Below, piece by piece: positions 9,008 through 18,283 of a stretch of DNA of 64,000 nucleotides. The first letter of the stretch is position 1. Each line of letters begins with the position of its first letter. The stretch spans positions 1,006,220 to 1,070,219 of the forward strand of contig CP097974.1 in the NCBI GenBank assembly GCA_023703675.1, in the 5' to 3' direction. A model generated the notes under the pieces. The model worked only from the letters and a program-made list of their open reading frames with translations. It was not told the origin of the DNA and made no database searches. The translations under genes and the position numbers were made by a program. This DNA comes from SAR86 cluster bacterium. Its GTDB lineage: Bacteria > Pseudomonadota > Gammaproteobacteria > Magnimaribacterales > AG-339-G14.

Positions 9008-10261
9008 ATGAATTATAAAAAATACTTCTCTGACGAGTTAACCTCTCTTAAATCTCAAGGCCTTTACAGAAAGTTTAGACAAATTAACCGTAATCAAGTT
9101 AATTTTCCTAAAGCAACTGAAAGATTTGAGGGCAAAGAAAGAGCAGTAGAGGTTTGGTGCAGCAATGACTATTTAAATCTTAGCCAGCACCCCCTAGTGA
9201 TATTAGAATCAGTTAAAGTAGTAAAAGAACTTGGAACGGGTTCTGGTGGAACAAGAAATATTTCTGGCACTTCCTCTTATCATGCAGACTTAGAATCAGA
9301 TCTAGCAGAACTTCATAACAAAGAAGCTGCTCTATTGTTTCCTTCAGCTTACACAGCCAATCAATCCACCTTGTGGACGTTGTGCAAAAAACTTGAAGGC
9401 TGTGAAGTTTATTCAGACGAATTAAATCATGCATCAATGATTCAAGGCATTAAAAATGCGAATGTGACCACTCATGTTTTCAAACACAACGACATAGAAC
9501 ATCTAGAAGAACTTTTGAAAACTTCTAATGCCAATACTCCGAAATTAATTGTTTTTGAATCTTTATATTCTATGGAAGGTTTGAGATCACCAATTAAAGA
9601 AATTGTTAGGCTCGCAAAAAAATATAATGCTCTTACTTATTTGGATGAAGTTCATTCAGTTGGTCTTTATGGGCCAGAAGGAAGAGGAATCGCTGCTGAA
9701 TTAAATGTTTCTGATGATATAGACATCATCAATGGCACCTTATCAAAAGCTTTTGGCCAAATGGGCGGTTATATCGCGGCAAATTTAGACATTATTGATT
9801 TCATTAGAAGTTTTGCACCAGGATTCATATTTACTTCTTCAGCAAACCCAAGCATTGCTGCCGCATCAATTCAGGCGATCAAAATAGCTAAAAAAGCGGA
9901 TATCTTGAGAGCTAATATAAGAGCAAACTCCGATTTAATAAGAGAAGGTCTTACAGAATATGAGATACCTTTTCTTGCAAACGATAGTCACATAATTCCT
10001 ATCCATCTATATGAACCTGAATTATGTAAACAAGCCGCTAATGTTTTAATTGAAGAGCATGGAATATATATTCAACCAATATTTTATCCAACCGTTCCTA
10101 AAGGTGATGAAAGATTTAGGGTCACAATTACACCAAAGCACTCGGCCTCAGATGTAGAGAGCTTTGTTCGATCTTTAGATAAGGTATGGAGTGGTTTAAA
10201 TCTAAAAAGGCTTCCAAAAGTATCCAATAAAGTAGAATCTAAGGTTTCTAAAATATATTAA
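9008..10261 (+). CDS. hemA: 5-aminolevulinate synthase (Shemin/C4 pathway; alpha-oxoamine synthase family)
   Basis: 417 aa. It aligns by eye along its length with Rhodobacter ALAS ([73 protein letters not shown]-lysine in [17 protein letters not shown]). It is transcribed divergently from the hemC..hemJ operon. Confidence 0.85.
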   Translation: MNYKKYFSDELTSLKSQGLYRKFRQINRNQVNFPKATERFEGKERAVEVWCSNDYLNLSQHPLVILESVKVVKELGTGSGGTRNISGTSSYHADLESDLAELHNKEAALLFPSAYTANQSTLWTLCKKLEGCEVYSDELNHASMIQGIKNANVTTHVFKHNDIEHLEELLKTSNANTPKLIVFESLYSMEGLRSPIKEIVRLAKKYNALTYLDEVHSVGLYGPEGRGIAAELNVSDDIDIINGTLSKAFGQMGGYIAANLDIIDFIRSFAPGFIFTSSANPSIAAASIQAIKIAKKADILRANIRANSDLIREGLTEYEIPFLANDSHIIPIHLYEPELCKQAANVLIEEHGIYIQPIFYPTVPKGDERFRVTITPKHSASDVESFVRSLDKVWSGLNLKRLPKVSNKVESKVSKIY

Positions 10262-10278
10262 TTAATTTTTAAAGAAGA

Positions 10279-10303
10279 ACCCAGGATCTCTGCTAACCTG
10301 GGT
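10279..10303. terminator. GC-containing hairpin between convergent ALAS and TonB-dependent receptor genes
   Basis: ACCCAGG (10279-10285) pairs with CCTGGGT (10297-10303) around an 11-nt loop. On the minus strand it is followed by a U-rich run (UCUUCUUU). It sits in the only convergent spacer in the window longer than 10 nt. Confidence 0.45.
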
Positions 10304-10388
10304 CCTAAATGATTTGCGCTATTTATGGTGAGTTTATAAATAATAAATGTAAGTCCTATTATTTATGAGGGTACACAAATCATATTCT

Positions 10389-12530
10389 TTAAAAAGTTCT
10401 CCTAATTGATACTCTTGCATTCATTTCTTCACCAACAGACGCTTGATGTGTTGAATGGGAATGAGGGAAGTAGGTCTCATCAGTAAGGTTCTCAATGTTC
10501 GCTTGAATAGTAAGATCTTCGGCTAATTGATAGAATACAGACACATCAACTCTAGTATAGCTAGGCAAATATGGTGATGCTGAAGTACCAATTTGTGAAT
10601 CGCCTTGTGAAGTTACACCAAAACCTATGGCAAAATCAGGGTTGACTTGATAATTGGCAAAAGCAGTAAAAGTATAGTCAGGTATTTCTCTACTTTGCTC
10701 TTCATTGGCTGCTTCAAAATCAGCATAACTCATTGATAACTCAAGTTGATCAGAAATACTTCCTGACAATTCAATTTCATAACCATCAACTTCTTTGTTA
10801 ACCATTCCATATTGTTCATCTACACCATCAACGGTTCTAGATTTCATTTGAGTGCTTTCTGCATCGAAATACGCTGCGGTTAAAAATAAATCATCAGATA
10901 AAGCGACTTTTAAACCAATTTCCATATTTTCAACTTCATCTGCATCCAAAACTCTCCCAAGTGTAGAATCGTTAGTCATTTTTTTGTACTGTTCTCCAGC
11001 TTTAGGTGAAAAGGTATCGCTATAACTTAAATAAACCGAAGTATTTTCTTGAGGTTTAAATATTATCCCTGCTCTTGGTGAAAATAAGTCCTCAGTTTTG
11101 GTATACACCGTATTAGAAGCTTTGATGTCGGTTACAGAAATTTCGTAATCATCATAACGACCACCTATAAGAAGTTTTAAACTATCAGAAAAGTCTATTT
11201 GGTCTTGAATAAAAATAGAAGTGACTTCATATTCTGTTGTAGTTCTGCTGCTTAAACTTGAAGTAAAATCAAGAGTTACTGCGGCTCCAGCTTCATCTTT
11301 GTTAAAAACTCCTGTTCTGATATCAGAAATTAGGAAAGTTTCTCTATCATACTTTGGAGCTTGCTTATTTCCTGTTGGATAAATACCTGAAGGATCATTG
11401 GCAAGAGGAGCAGCTCCAGCATTAGTAAAGTATGTGTTGAACCTATGATTAGCATTGTCAGTATCAACTATTTCTGCTCCTACTAATAAAGTATGTGTTG
11501 CAGAACCAGTTTCAAACTCGTTTACAAAGTTTAATGAGAAAATTAAATTATCTCTCGAGGTTGGATCCAAGTAACCATCTAAAGCAACTTCTCCTGCTGC
11601 AGCATCATATCCGGCTGCATATAAATTTTGATACATTTTCTCGAATTCACTTTTAGTAGCGGTAAAGATTAATTTTGAAGTATCCGAAAAATCTCTTGTT
11701 AGAGAAGCTCTTAGAATGTCAGCTGTCAAAGTAGTAGTGTTTACTTCAGGATAACCAAAGACTATATCAACCAATGCTTCTACAGGTTCTCCATTTGCAG
11801 TAGGTATTCCACGGTCAATAAATCTTTCATGATCGGCATACTCGTAAGAAACATCAAGAACAGTCGAATCATCAAGTTTAACTTTTAAGGTTGGATTAAA
11901 ACCTGCGCGGTCTCCTTCATAATAATCTCTGTGATTATCTAGATAGTCTCTGTGCATCATTATTCGAAGAGATCTATTTTCGTTAATTGAAATATTATAA
12001 TCTGCAGTAAAATCATAAGCACCAAAGGTATTAGAGCCGATAGCAAAAGATCCAAAGGTCTCTCCTAATACTCCTTTTTTGGAAACTCTGTTTACAACGC
12101 CGCCCGTTCCACCGCGACCAAATAGTAAAGCATTAGGCCCTCTGAGTATTTCTACTTGTTCTACGTTATATAAAGAACGGTAGTATTGAACGTCGTCTCT
12201 AACACCATCTTGAAAAAAATCTGCTGTCGACCTATTACCACGAAAAACAATTGCATCTCTATGCCCTTCTCCTTGAGAAGTGTTTACACCAGGCGTGTAT
12301 CTAACTAAGTCTCCTAATTCGGTGAAACCACGTCTTGCGATCTCGTCGTCTGTAATGATGGATACCGAAACAGGTACATTGATTACGGGTACTGGAGTTT
12401 TTAATGCATTAACTTGATCAGAATAAAGTACGTTACCTTTTACGACCAATTCCTCTTCCTGAGCAAATAAGCTTAAAGAAGCAAGAATACCAAATGTTAC
12501 TAATAAGCTTGTAATGATTATTTTTTTCAT
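10389..12530 (-). CDS. TonB-dependent outer-membrane receptor (siderophore/iron-complex type)
   Basis: 713 aa. It has a signal peptide (MKKIIITSLLVTFGILASLSLFAQ), plug-domain motifs (RGFTELGDLVRYTPGV, VEILRGPNALLFGRGGTGGVVN) and a beta-barrel ending in the terminal aromatic ...SIRRTF. Two strong Fur boxes lie 35-80 nt upstream. Confidence 0.9.
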   Translation of the reverse strand: MKKIIITSLLVTFGILASLSLFAQEEELVVKGNVLYSDQVNALKTPVPVINVPVSVSIITDDEIARRGFTELGDLVRYTPGVNTSQGEGHRDAIVFRGNRSTADFFQDGVRDDVQYYRSLYNVEQVEILRGPNALLFGRGGTGGVVNRVSKKGVLGETFGSFAIGSNTFGAYDFTADYNISINENRSLRIMMHRDYLDNHRDYYEGDRAGFNPTLKVKLDDSTVLDVSYEYADHERFIDRGIPTANGEPVEALVDIVFGYPEVNTTTLTADILRASLTRDFSDTSKLIFTATKSEFEKMYQNLYAAGYDAAAGEVALDGYLDPTSRDNLIFSLNFVNEFETGSATHTLLVGAEIVDTDNANHRFNTYFTNAGAAPLANDPSGIYPTGNKQAPKYDRETFLISDIRTGVFNKDEAGAAVTLDFTSSLSSRTTTEYEVTSIFIQDQIDFSDSLKLLIGGRYDDYEISVTDIKASNTVYTKTEDLFSPRAGIIFKPQENTSVYLSYSDTFSPKAGEQYKKMTNDSTLGRVLDADEVENMEIGLKVALSDDLFLTAAYFDAESTQMKSRTVDGVDEQYGMVNKEVDGYEIELSGSISDQLELSMSYADFEAANEEQSREIPDYTFTAFANYQVNPDFAIGFGVTSQGDSQIGTSASPYLPSYTRVDVSVFYQLAEDLTIQANIENLTDETYFPHSHSTHQASVGEEMNARVSIRRTF

Positions 12531-12564
12531 AAGAAAATTCCTCTAATTTTCTAGTTCTGTAGAT

Positions 12565-12583
12565 GATAATGATTCTCATTATT
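12565..12583. promoter_or_regulatory. Fur box 1 upstream of TonB-dependent receptor
   Basis: GATAATGATTCTCATTATT matches the 19-bp Fur consensus GATAATGATAATCATTATC at 16 of 19 positions (hand count). Confidence 0.7.
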
Positions 12584-12592
12584 AATACAAAT

Positions 12593-12611
12593 GATAATGA
12601 GAATGATTATC
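12593..12611. promoter_or_regulatory. Fur box 2 upstream of TonB-dependent receptor
   Basis: GATAATGAGAATGATTATC matches the Fur consensus at 17 of 19 positions. It lies 9 nt from box 1, so the two form a tandem operator. Confidence 0.75.
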
Positions 12612-12673
12612 ATTTTATATATACTTATTACCCTTAGTTATAAAGGTACAGTGTTAAAAAAGGTACTAACTGA

Positions 12674-13579
12674 TTAAGTTGAGGCTGGATAAAATTTGCG
12701 CCAGGTGTATAAACCAAAAACCAAGGAAATGAACCACAGGATCAATTCATAATAATTAGGATTACTATTGTATCCAAAGAATCCTTTTAAAAAAGCCCCT
12801 ACCCTTCCTGAGTCATGAAATAAATGAGTATATTTGCCTTCACCTTTAATGTCGTAAGTGTAAAGCCAGCTTTGATCCTGCTCAGATAATTCAGATTTAG
12901 GCTCAAGGATATTCCATGGCCTTGAGATATCTGATTTAGATTCATACCCAACTAACGACAACTGATCTGATTTAGCCAAATAACTTTCGATTTCGTGAGT
13001 TCCATAAGCAACCATCCCCGAAGCTAACAATACTAGTAAAAGTGTAGTCGCTTTGAAGAATTGTCTTATGTCAAATCTTTTCCCTTGAACTACGATCAAG
13101 TAACTTATGGCAATAGCAAGAGACATCCCTAAGAAAAAGCCCAAGTAAGAAAAGCTTCCAGTCAAAGAAAAGCTTCCGATAAGAAACACTACAGTTTCAA
13201 AACCTTCTCTAAGAATGGAGAAAAAGACTACAAAGAAAACTCCCCATGTAGAGGTCAAAGCAGCTTCTGTTTGTCCCTCCAAAGCGTTTCTGCTACTAAC
13301 GTGTTTAGACAACCAAAAAATTACATACCAAATTAGTCCAGCGGTAATAAACATAAAAATAGCTTCGAACAAGGCTTTAAGAGAATCATTACCAATGGCT
13401 TCTCTTCCTAATATGACAAAATAAGCTACGATGAGACTTGCAATAAGTGAGGCGATTACTCCAAACCACAGCTTGGCTATAGCTCCACTAATATTCTGCT
13501 TAGCTAAAAAAACGTAAATTATTCCAACAATTAATGAAGCTTCAAGAGTTTCTCTAAAGACGATGATGAATTCATTCAT
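12674..13579 (-). CDS. FTR1/EfeU-family high-affinity iron permease
   Basis: The track ORF extends to 13657 across the tRNA. The realistic start is the ATG at 13579-13577 (MNEFIIVFRETLEASLIVG...). It has two REXXE iron-permease motifs (FRETLEA and LREGFETVVFL), multiple TM segments and a C-terminal region of about 90 aa that is more polar. No EfeO/EfeB/P19 partner is adjacent. Confidence 0.85.
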   Translation of the reverse strand: MNEFIIVFRETLEASLIVGIIYVFLAKQNISGAIAKLWFGVIASLIASLIVAYFVILGREAIGNDSLKALFEAIFMFITAGLIWYVIFWLSKHVSSRNALEGQTEAALTSTWGVFFVVFFSILREGFETVVFLIGSFSLTGSFSYLGFFLGMSLAIAISYLIVVQGKRFDIRQFFKATTLLLVLLASGMVAYGTHEIESYLAKSDQLSLVGYESKSDISRPWNILEPKSELSEQDQSWLYTYDIKGEGKYTHLFHDSGRVGAFLKGFFGYNSNPNYYELILWFISLVFGLYTWRKFYPAST

Positions 13580-13590
13580 AAAAACGAGAT

Positions 13591-13609
13591 GATAATAGTT
13601 CTCATTAAA
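13591..13609. promoter_or_regulatory. Fur-box-like sequence upstream of the FTR1 permease
   Basis: GATAATAGTTCTCATTAAA matches the Fur consensus at 13 of 19 positions and closely resembles box 1. It starts 12 nt upstream of the proposed FTR1 start, between it and the tRNA. Confidence 0.45.
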
Positions 13610-13623
13610 AAAGCAATTTTTTT

Positions 13624-13700
<77 letters not shown>

Positions 13701-13706
13701 TCAAGA

Positions 13707-15503
13707 CTATTCGTCTAAAAATCCTTTGAGGTGTCCGGATCTTGATGGGTGTCTTAATTTTCTTAGAGCTTTTGCTTCAATTTGTCGAATTCTTTCTCGA
13801 GTGACATCGAATTGTTTGCCAACTTCTTCTAGAGTATGGTCCGTGTTCATACCGATCCCAAATCTCATTCTTAAAACTTTTGCTTCCCTGGCAGTCAAGC
13901 TTCCTAAAACTCCACCTGTTGCCTCTATTAAGTTAAATTCTGTCGCGGAATCTATGGGTGAATCTAATAATGGATCTTCGATAAAATCTCCTAATGTTGT
14001 ATCGTCTTCATCGCCTATTGGCGTCTCAGTTGATATAGGTTCTTTTGCAATTTTCAGTACTTTCCTAATTTTGTCTTCTGGCATGTCCATCTTTTCGCTA
14101 AGTTCTTCTGGTGTTGGTTCTCTGCCATTTTCTTGAAGCATCTGTCGAGAAATTCTATTTAATTTATTTATCGTTTCAATCATGTGCACCGGTATTCTTA
14201 TTGTTCTTGCCTGATCAGCAATTGATCTTGTAATTGCTTGTCGGATCCACCAAGTGGCATAAGTTGAAAATTTGTACCCTCTTCGATATTCGAATTTATC
14301 TACTGCTTTCATTAACCCGATATTTCCTTCTTGAATTAAATCCAAAAATTGTAATCCTCGGTTGGTATATTTTTTAGCAATTGAAATTACAAGTCTTAAG
14401 TTTGCTTCGATCATGTCTTTCTTAGCCCTTCTAATCTTTGTTTCTCCTTTTGTCATTTTAGAAGCCAAAGATTTTATTTCAGCAACCGAAAGTCCAATTT
14501 CATCTTCAATGTTTTTAATTTTATTTTGTAATGACTTGATATCATCTACGTGATCATTGAGCTCTCCAACGTAATTTTTTTTACTCTTAAAAATTGGATC
14601 TAAAAACTTAAGATTGGTTTCGTTTTCCCTAAAAATATCAAGAAACTCTTTTCTAGGCATTTTGCTTTTTTGAACACATAAGTTGTAAATGTCTTTTTCA
14701 ATGCCTCTGATCTTTCTTGCCAACAATCTTGGTCTAAGTGAAATGACTTCAAACCTTTTAGGAGATAATTTTAGGAATTTAAAAATATTGCCAAGCTTTT
14801 CTAATTCTTTTGCTGCTGCTTCGTTGTCTCTACCTTTTTGGTCAATGATTTTCTCGGTTTTATTAAATTGCCTTTTCAGTGATGACAAACGTTTTTCAAG
14901 TTCTTGTAAATCAATTCCAGCAGCTTCTTCATCTTCTTCATTTTCATTAATGTCACCATTTTGTCCCGCCTGAGGTCCAGGCAAGACTTCTTCCTCTTCA
15001 TCCATAAATCCAACAATGAGATCAGAAATTCGTTTGTCTTCTTTTTTGATTAAAGCGTATTCAAGGAGAAACTCTTCTATAATTCCAGGAAATTGTGCAC
15101 AAGAATGAAGTAAATCTCGGGCTCCCTCCTCTATGCTTTTTGCAATGACAATTTCACCTTCTCTGGTCAGCAAGTCTACGGATCCCATTTCTCTCATGTA
15201 CAGCCTTACAGGATCAGTAGTTCTGCCAACTTCAGATTCGATGGCTCCCATTTCATTTTCAGTAGGTTCAGGAGCCACTGGTTGACTAATGGCTTCCATA
15301 GCCTCAGATCCTTCCTCCGGAGCGTTTTCAACTACCTGCAAACCTAAGTCGTTAATGGTTTGAATTACTTCATCTAATTGATCTGGATCTGAAACATCTT
15401 CAGGGAGAAAATCATTTATGTCTGCAAAAGTTATGAATCCTTGTTCTCTACCTTTTTCAATTAATTCTCTCAGTCCATTATTTTCAATGTCTTCATCGTA
15501 CAT
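13707..15503 (-). CDS. rpoD: RNA polymerase sigma-70 factor RpoD
   Basis: 598 aa. It has an acidic region 1, region 2 ([27 protein letters not shown]) and region 4.2 ([29 protein letters not shown]). Confidence 0.97.
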   Translation of the reverse strand: MYDEDIENNGLRELIEKGREQGFITFADINDFLPEDVSDPDQLDEVIQTINDLGLQVVENAPEEGSEAMEAISQPVAPEPTENEMGAIESEVGRTTDPVRLYMREMGSVDLLTREGEIVIAKSIEEGARDLLHSCAQFPGIIEEFLLEYALIKKEDKRISDLIVGFMDEEEEVLPGPQAGQNGDINENEEDEEAAGIDLQELEKRLSSLKRQFNKTEKIIDQKGRDNEAAAKELEKLGNIFKFLKLSPKRFEVISLRPRLLARKIRGIEKDIYNLCVQKSKMPRKEFLDIFRENETNLKFLDPIFKSKKNYVGELNDHVDDIKSLQNKIKNIEDEIGLSVAEIKSLASKMTKGETKIRRAKKDMIEANLRLVISIAKKYTNRGLQFLDLIQEGNIGLMKAVDKFEYRRGYKFSTYATWWIRQAITRSIADQARTIRIPVHMIETINKLNRISRQMLQENGREPTPEELSEKMDMPEDKIRKVLKIAKEPISTETPIGDEDDTTLGDFIEDPLLDSPIDSATEFNLIEATGGVLGSLTAREAKVLRMRFGIGMNTDHTLEEVGKQFDVTRERIRQIEAKALRKLRHPSRSGHLKGFLDE

Positions 15504-15569
15504 GTATTTATTAACCTCAAAAAAAGTATGGAATTATATCTTAAAACCAAAAAAAATTATCAAAATTAT

Positions 15570-17327
15570 CTATATCTCTCTTAAAATTTTGATTTCAGTT
15601 TCATCTAAATTCTCAAAATTTTCCAACAAAATTTTCTTAAGTTCTATTTTTTCTCTTTCTTTCATATTACCTTCAAAATGCTTAGTCTTCAGACTTTCCA
15701 GGAAGCTAGTTTTGTTATTTTTTTGTAAAAAGTTTACAGCTTGGATTATGTATTCTCTTGCTGAATCCGGAGAGATTAAATTCCTATCTTCCGTTAGATT
15801 AATTAAAAAACTTTTTTCTGATTCAAAAGCATGAAGAATCATCGGAAATGTTGGCTTTTCTTTAGATCTTAAAAAGTTTATAAATTTTGAAACGAATTCA
15901 TCTTTAGAATCTAACAGGACATTTAATTCCTCTAGATGGCCCATTTCTGGGTTATCAATAAGTGTTTTGATGATACTTTTTGTAACCTTGTCTAACTCAA
16001 GATCATTTTGTTTTTCTTTTGTAATTTTTACCTTTTTCTTATCAATTAAATTTTTTCCTTCGTTCTCAAGACTAATATTTACTTTTTTTGAAAATTCCTG
16101 AATTAAAATGTTTTTATAGTTACTTGAAGGCATTGAAGAAATTAAACCCAGAAATTCTTTTGCTGCCGCAGCTTTATTTTCAAGTGTTTCATCATATTTA
16201 TTCAAAATGATTTCAAATAAATATTCAGATAAAACTTTTGATGAATCTATTCTTTTTTCAAATTGTTCTTTCCCTTCCTTTTCTAACAAACTTGAAGGAT
16301 CTTCGGAATCTGGCAGAAATAAAAATTTTAATATTCTGCCGTCTTTTATGATTGGCAAAGCGATCTTCATAGCAGATTCAGCTGCCTTCATGCCAGCTTC
16401 ATCTCCATCAAAGCAAAAGATCACTTCATCAACATGACTGAATAATTTTTCAAGATGATTCTTGCTAGTCGCTATTCCTAGAGTAGCAACTGCATAGGAA
16501 ATATCGTTTGAAAATAGTGACAATACATCTGTGTAGCCCTCAACTACGACCATTCTTTTTAAATTCCTATTTTTATTTAGCACCTCATGCAATCCATAAA
16601 GCTCTTTTCCCTTCTTGAAAACTTCTGTTTCTGCAGAATTTAAATATTTGGGCATTTCATCTTCAATTACTCTTCCGCCAAAACCTATCACATGACCTTT
16701 TTTTGATTTTATTGGAAAAATAATTCTATTTCGGAATGTATCGTAAATTTTGTTATTATCATTTTTTTTAAATAAACCAACTTCATTTTTAATAAAATCT
16801 TTTTTGTCAATTTTTAAAAAATAATCGTGCAAGTTTGCCCACCCTGGTGGAGAAAAGCCCAGCTCAAAATCATGTATTACCTCATCGCTAATTCCTCTTT
16901 TATTCAAATATTCTTTGATTAAAGGTCCCCCAGGGTGATCTGAAATTTGTTTTACATAGAAATCCTTTGAAATTAAATTCGCTTCAACTATTTTTTTATA
17001 TTTTTCAAAAGACTCACCTTGAACCCTCTGAGGAAGTTCTAAACCAGCATTAGTCGCCAAAGTTTCTACCGCATCTAAAAACTCTTTTGATTGATAATTC
17101 ATCAAAAATCCTATTGCGTTGCCTGAAGCTCTGCATCTAAAACAATAATAAAATTGTTTTTGCGAGCTGACGCTGAAGGAAGGATTATTGCCATCTTCAC
17201 AGAAAGGGCAAAGAGACCAATGATCTTTACCTTTCTTTTGAAGTGGAACAAAAGAGTCAATTAAAGAAACTATATCTGTCTCGTCTAGTACCCTTTGGAT
17301 AAAATTGTCTGGTAAAAAACCTGCCAT
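15570..17327 (-). CDS. dnaG: DNA primase
   Basis: 585 aa. It has a CHC2 zinc finger (CPFCEDGNNPSFSVSSQKQFYYCFRCRASGNAIGFL) and TOPRIM motifs (VVVEGYTDV, FDGDEAG). Its start codon directly abuts the ruvX stop. Confidence 0.95.
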   Translation of the reverse strand: MAGFLPDNFIQRVLDETDIVSLIDSFVPLQKKGKDHWSLCPFCEDGNNPSFSVSSQKQFYYCFRCRASGNAIGFLMNYQSKEFLDAVETLATNAGLELPQRVQGESFEKYKKIVEANLISKDFYVKQISDHPGGPLIKEYLNKRGISDEVIHDFELGFSPPGWANLHDYFLKIDKKDFIKNEVGLFKKNDNNKIYDTFRNRIIFPIKSKKGHVIGFGGRVIEDEMPKYLNSAETEVFKKGKELYGLHEVLNKNRNLKRMVVVEGYTDVLSLFSNDISYAVATLGIATSKNHLEKLFSHVDEVIFCFDGDEAGMKAAESAMKIALPIIKDGRILKFLFLPDSEDPSSLLEKEGKEQFEKRIDSSKVLSEYLFEIILNKYDETLENKAAAAKEFLGLISSMPSSNYKNILIQEFSKKVNISLENEGKNLIDKKKVKITKEKQNDLELDKVTKSIIKTLIDNPEMGHLEELNVLLDSKDEFVSKFINFLRSKEKPTFPMILHAFESEKSFLINLTEDRNLISPDSAREYIIQAVNFLQKNNKTSFLESLKTKHFEGNMKEREKIELKKILLENFENLDETEIKILREI

Positions 17328-17735
17328 TTAAAGTTGTTCTCTTAAATAAGATTCTAAAGTTAATTTTGCTGCATATCCATGCGAATCTTCAGGAAGGAAC
17401 AAATTATTATTTCTTTTGTCTATTTTATATTCCATAGAAGTCAAAGTTTCATCTTGAAAAAAAATTTCAATATCTATTTCTAAAGCTAATTTTTTTGAAA
17501 ATTTTTCTATCTCTTTGCACATCTTGTTCATTGTTCCGTCGATATTGTAAGGCATACCAAATACTATCCTGTTAATACCCCACTCATCACAAATCTCGAT
17601 AATTTTTTTCAAAAGTTTAATCTTCCCTTTGTAAGAGAATGAAAAAAAAGTATTTGAGGACTTAGAAATTGAGTTACCTATGGCAAAGCCAACATGTTTT
17701 ATTCCATAATCAATGCTGAGAATTTTTAAAGTCAC
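17328..17735 (-). CDS. ruvX: YqgF/RuvX putative pre-16S rRNA nuclease
   Basis: 135 aa. It has the RNase-H-like N-terminus ILSIDYGIKHVGFAIGN and a conserved GMPYNIDGT segment. The context gshB / TonB-like / ruvX matches Pseudomonas. Confidence 0.85.
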   Translation of the reverse strand: MTLKILSIDYGIKHVGFAIGNSISKSSNTFFSFSYKGKIKLLKKIIEICDEWGINRIVFGMPYNIDGTMNKMCKEIEKFSKKLALEIDIEIFFQDETLTSMEYKIDKRNNNLFLPEDSHGYAAKLTLESYLREQL

Positions 17736-18283
17736 GTTTTAGGCATCCCAAAATTCCAATCCCGTACAATAGTAATTTCAGAAAATTCTTTCATTGAAGC
17801 ATCGAAAGGTAAAAAAGGTGATGCCATTTCTAAAATTTCTATGGCTACATTATCTAGAGATTTATTTCCTGAAGATTTTAAAAGAGTGTAATTTATTAAT
17901 TCACCTTGTGAATTTAATGTTGCCGAAAGTCTTAAAGAAACAAATTCATTTTGAGTAAAATATTTTTTAAATGCAGTATTCCCTATGCTTTCAATTTGTC
18001 GTTGCCAAGCGCTTACGTATAAATTTGCAGCCTTGTTGATTTCATTTTTTGTCAAAAGTTTTTTTGCAAGTTGGCCTTCTTTTAATTCTTCAAAACTGTT
18101 GCCAAGTTTTGTTATTTCAAATTTTGGAGCTTGATCAAATTCTTTGTACTCAGAGAAGTTTAAATTCACACTTACAATATTCTCTTCAATTATTTTTTGA
18201 TTTGGGACAAAACTCAAACCAATTATGAAAAAAGAATGAAGACTAAAAGAGATAAAAAGGAAAACATAAATTTTCAATTTCAT
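17732..18283 (-). CDS. TonB C-terminal-domain protein (membrane anchored, no Pro-rich spacer)
   Basis: 183 aa. It has an N-terminal TM helix and the C-terminal pattern LRLSATLNSQGELINYTLLKSSGNKSLDNVAIEILEMASPFLPF, typical of the TonB_C fold. It sits between gshB and ruvX, as the TonB-like gene does in Pseudomonas. Confidence 0.6.
   Translation of the reverse strand: MKLKIYVFLFISFSLHSFFIIGLSFVPNQKIIEENIVSVNLNFSEYKEFDQAPKFEITKLGNSFEELKEGQLAKKLLTKNEINKAANLYVSAWQRQIESIGNTAFKKYFTQNEFVSLRLSATLNSQGELINYTLLKSSGNKSLDNVAIEILEMASPFLPFDASMKEFSEITIVRDWNFGMPKT

Noticed and set aside
10336-10366. A perfect 10-bp inverted repeat ATAAATAATA / TATTATTTAT with an 11-nt loop in the ALAS/TBDR spacer, which could be a second terminator or a small RNA stem.
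   Set aside because: The stem is A/T only, so its stability is very low, and neither strand has a following U-tract. Such repeats arise easily by chance at this base composition.
10389-12530. The TonB-dependent receptor, hppA and glnII look somewhat more GC-rich than neighbouring genes, which could mark horizontally acquired DNA.
   Set aside because: The difference is explained by amino-acid composition (Gly/Ala/Val/Asp-rich barrel and membrane proteins) and probably by high expression. There are no flanking repeats, integrases or tRNA-adjacent junction scars. The nearby tRNA sits in its conserved post-rpoD position.
15533-15563. A sigma-70-like promoter for rpoD on the minus strand in the dnaG-rpoD spacer (TTGATA ... 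TATAAT).
   Set aside because: By my count the spacer between the hexamers is 19 nt, outside the usual 16-18 nt. TATAAT-like and TTGA-like hexamers are also frequent by chance in sequence this AT-rich. It is plausible but unsupported without 5'-end data.
13726-15834. A series of antisense ORFs (13726-14136, 14362-14553, 14689-14973, 15418-15834) opposite rpoD and the 3' end of dnaG.
   Set aside because: They have the same Ser/Leu/Phe-rich mirror composition. They are opposite highly conserved genes whose codon bias suppresses stops in the antisense frame. There are no family motifs.
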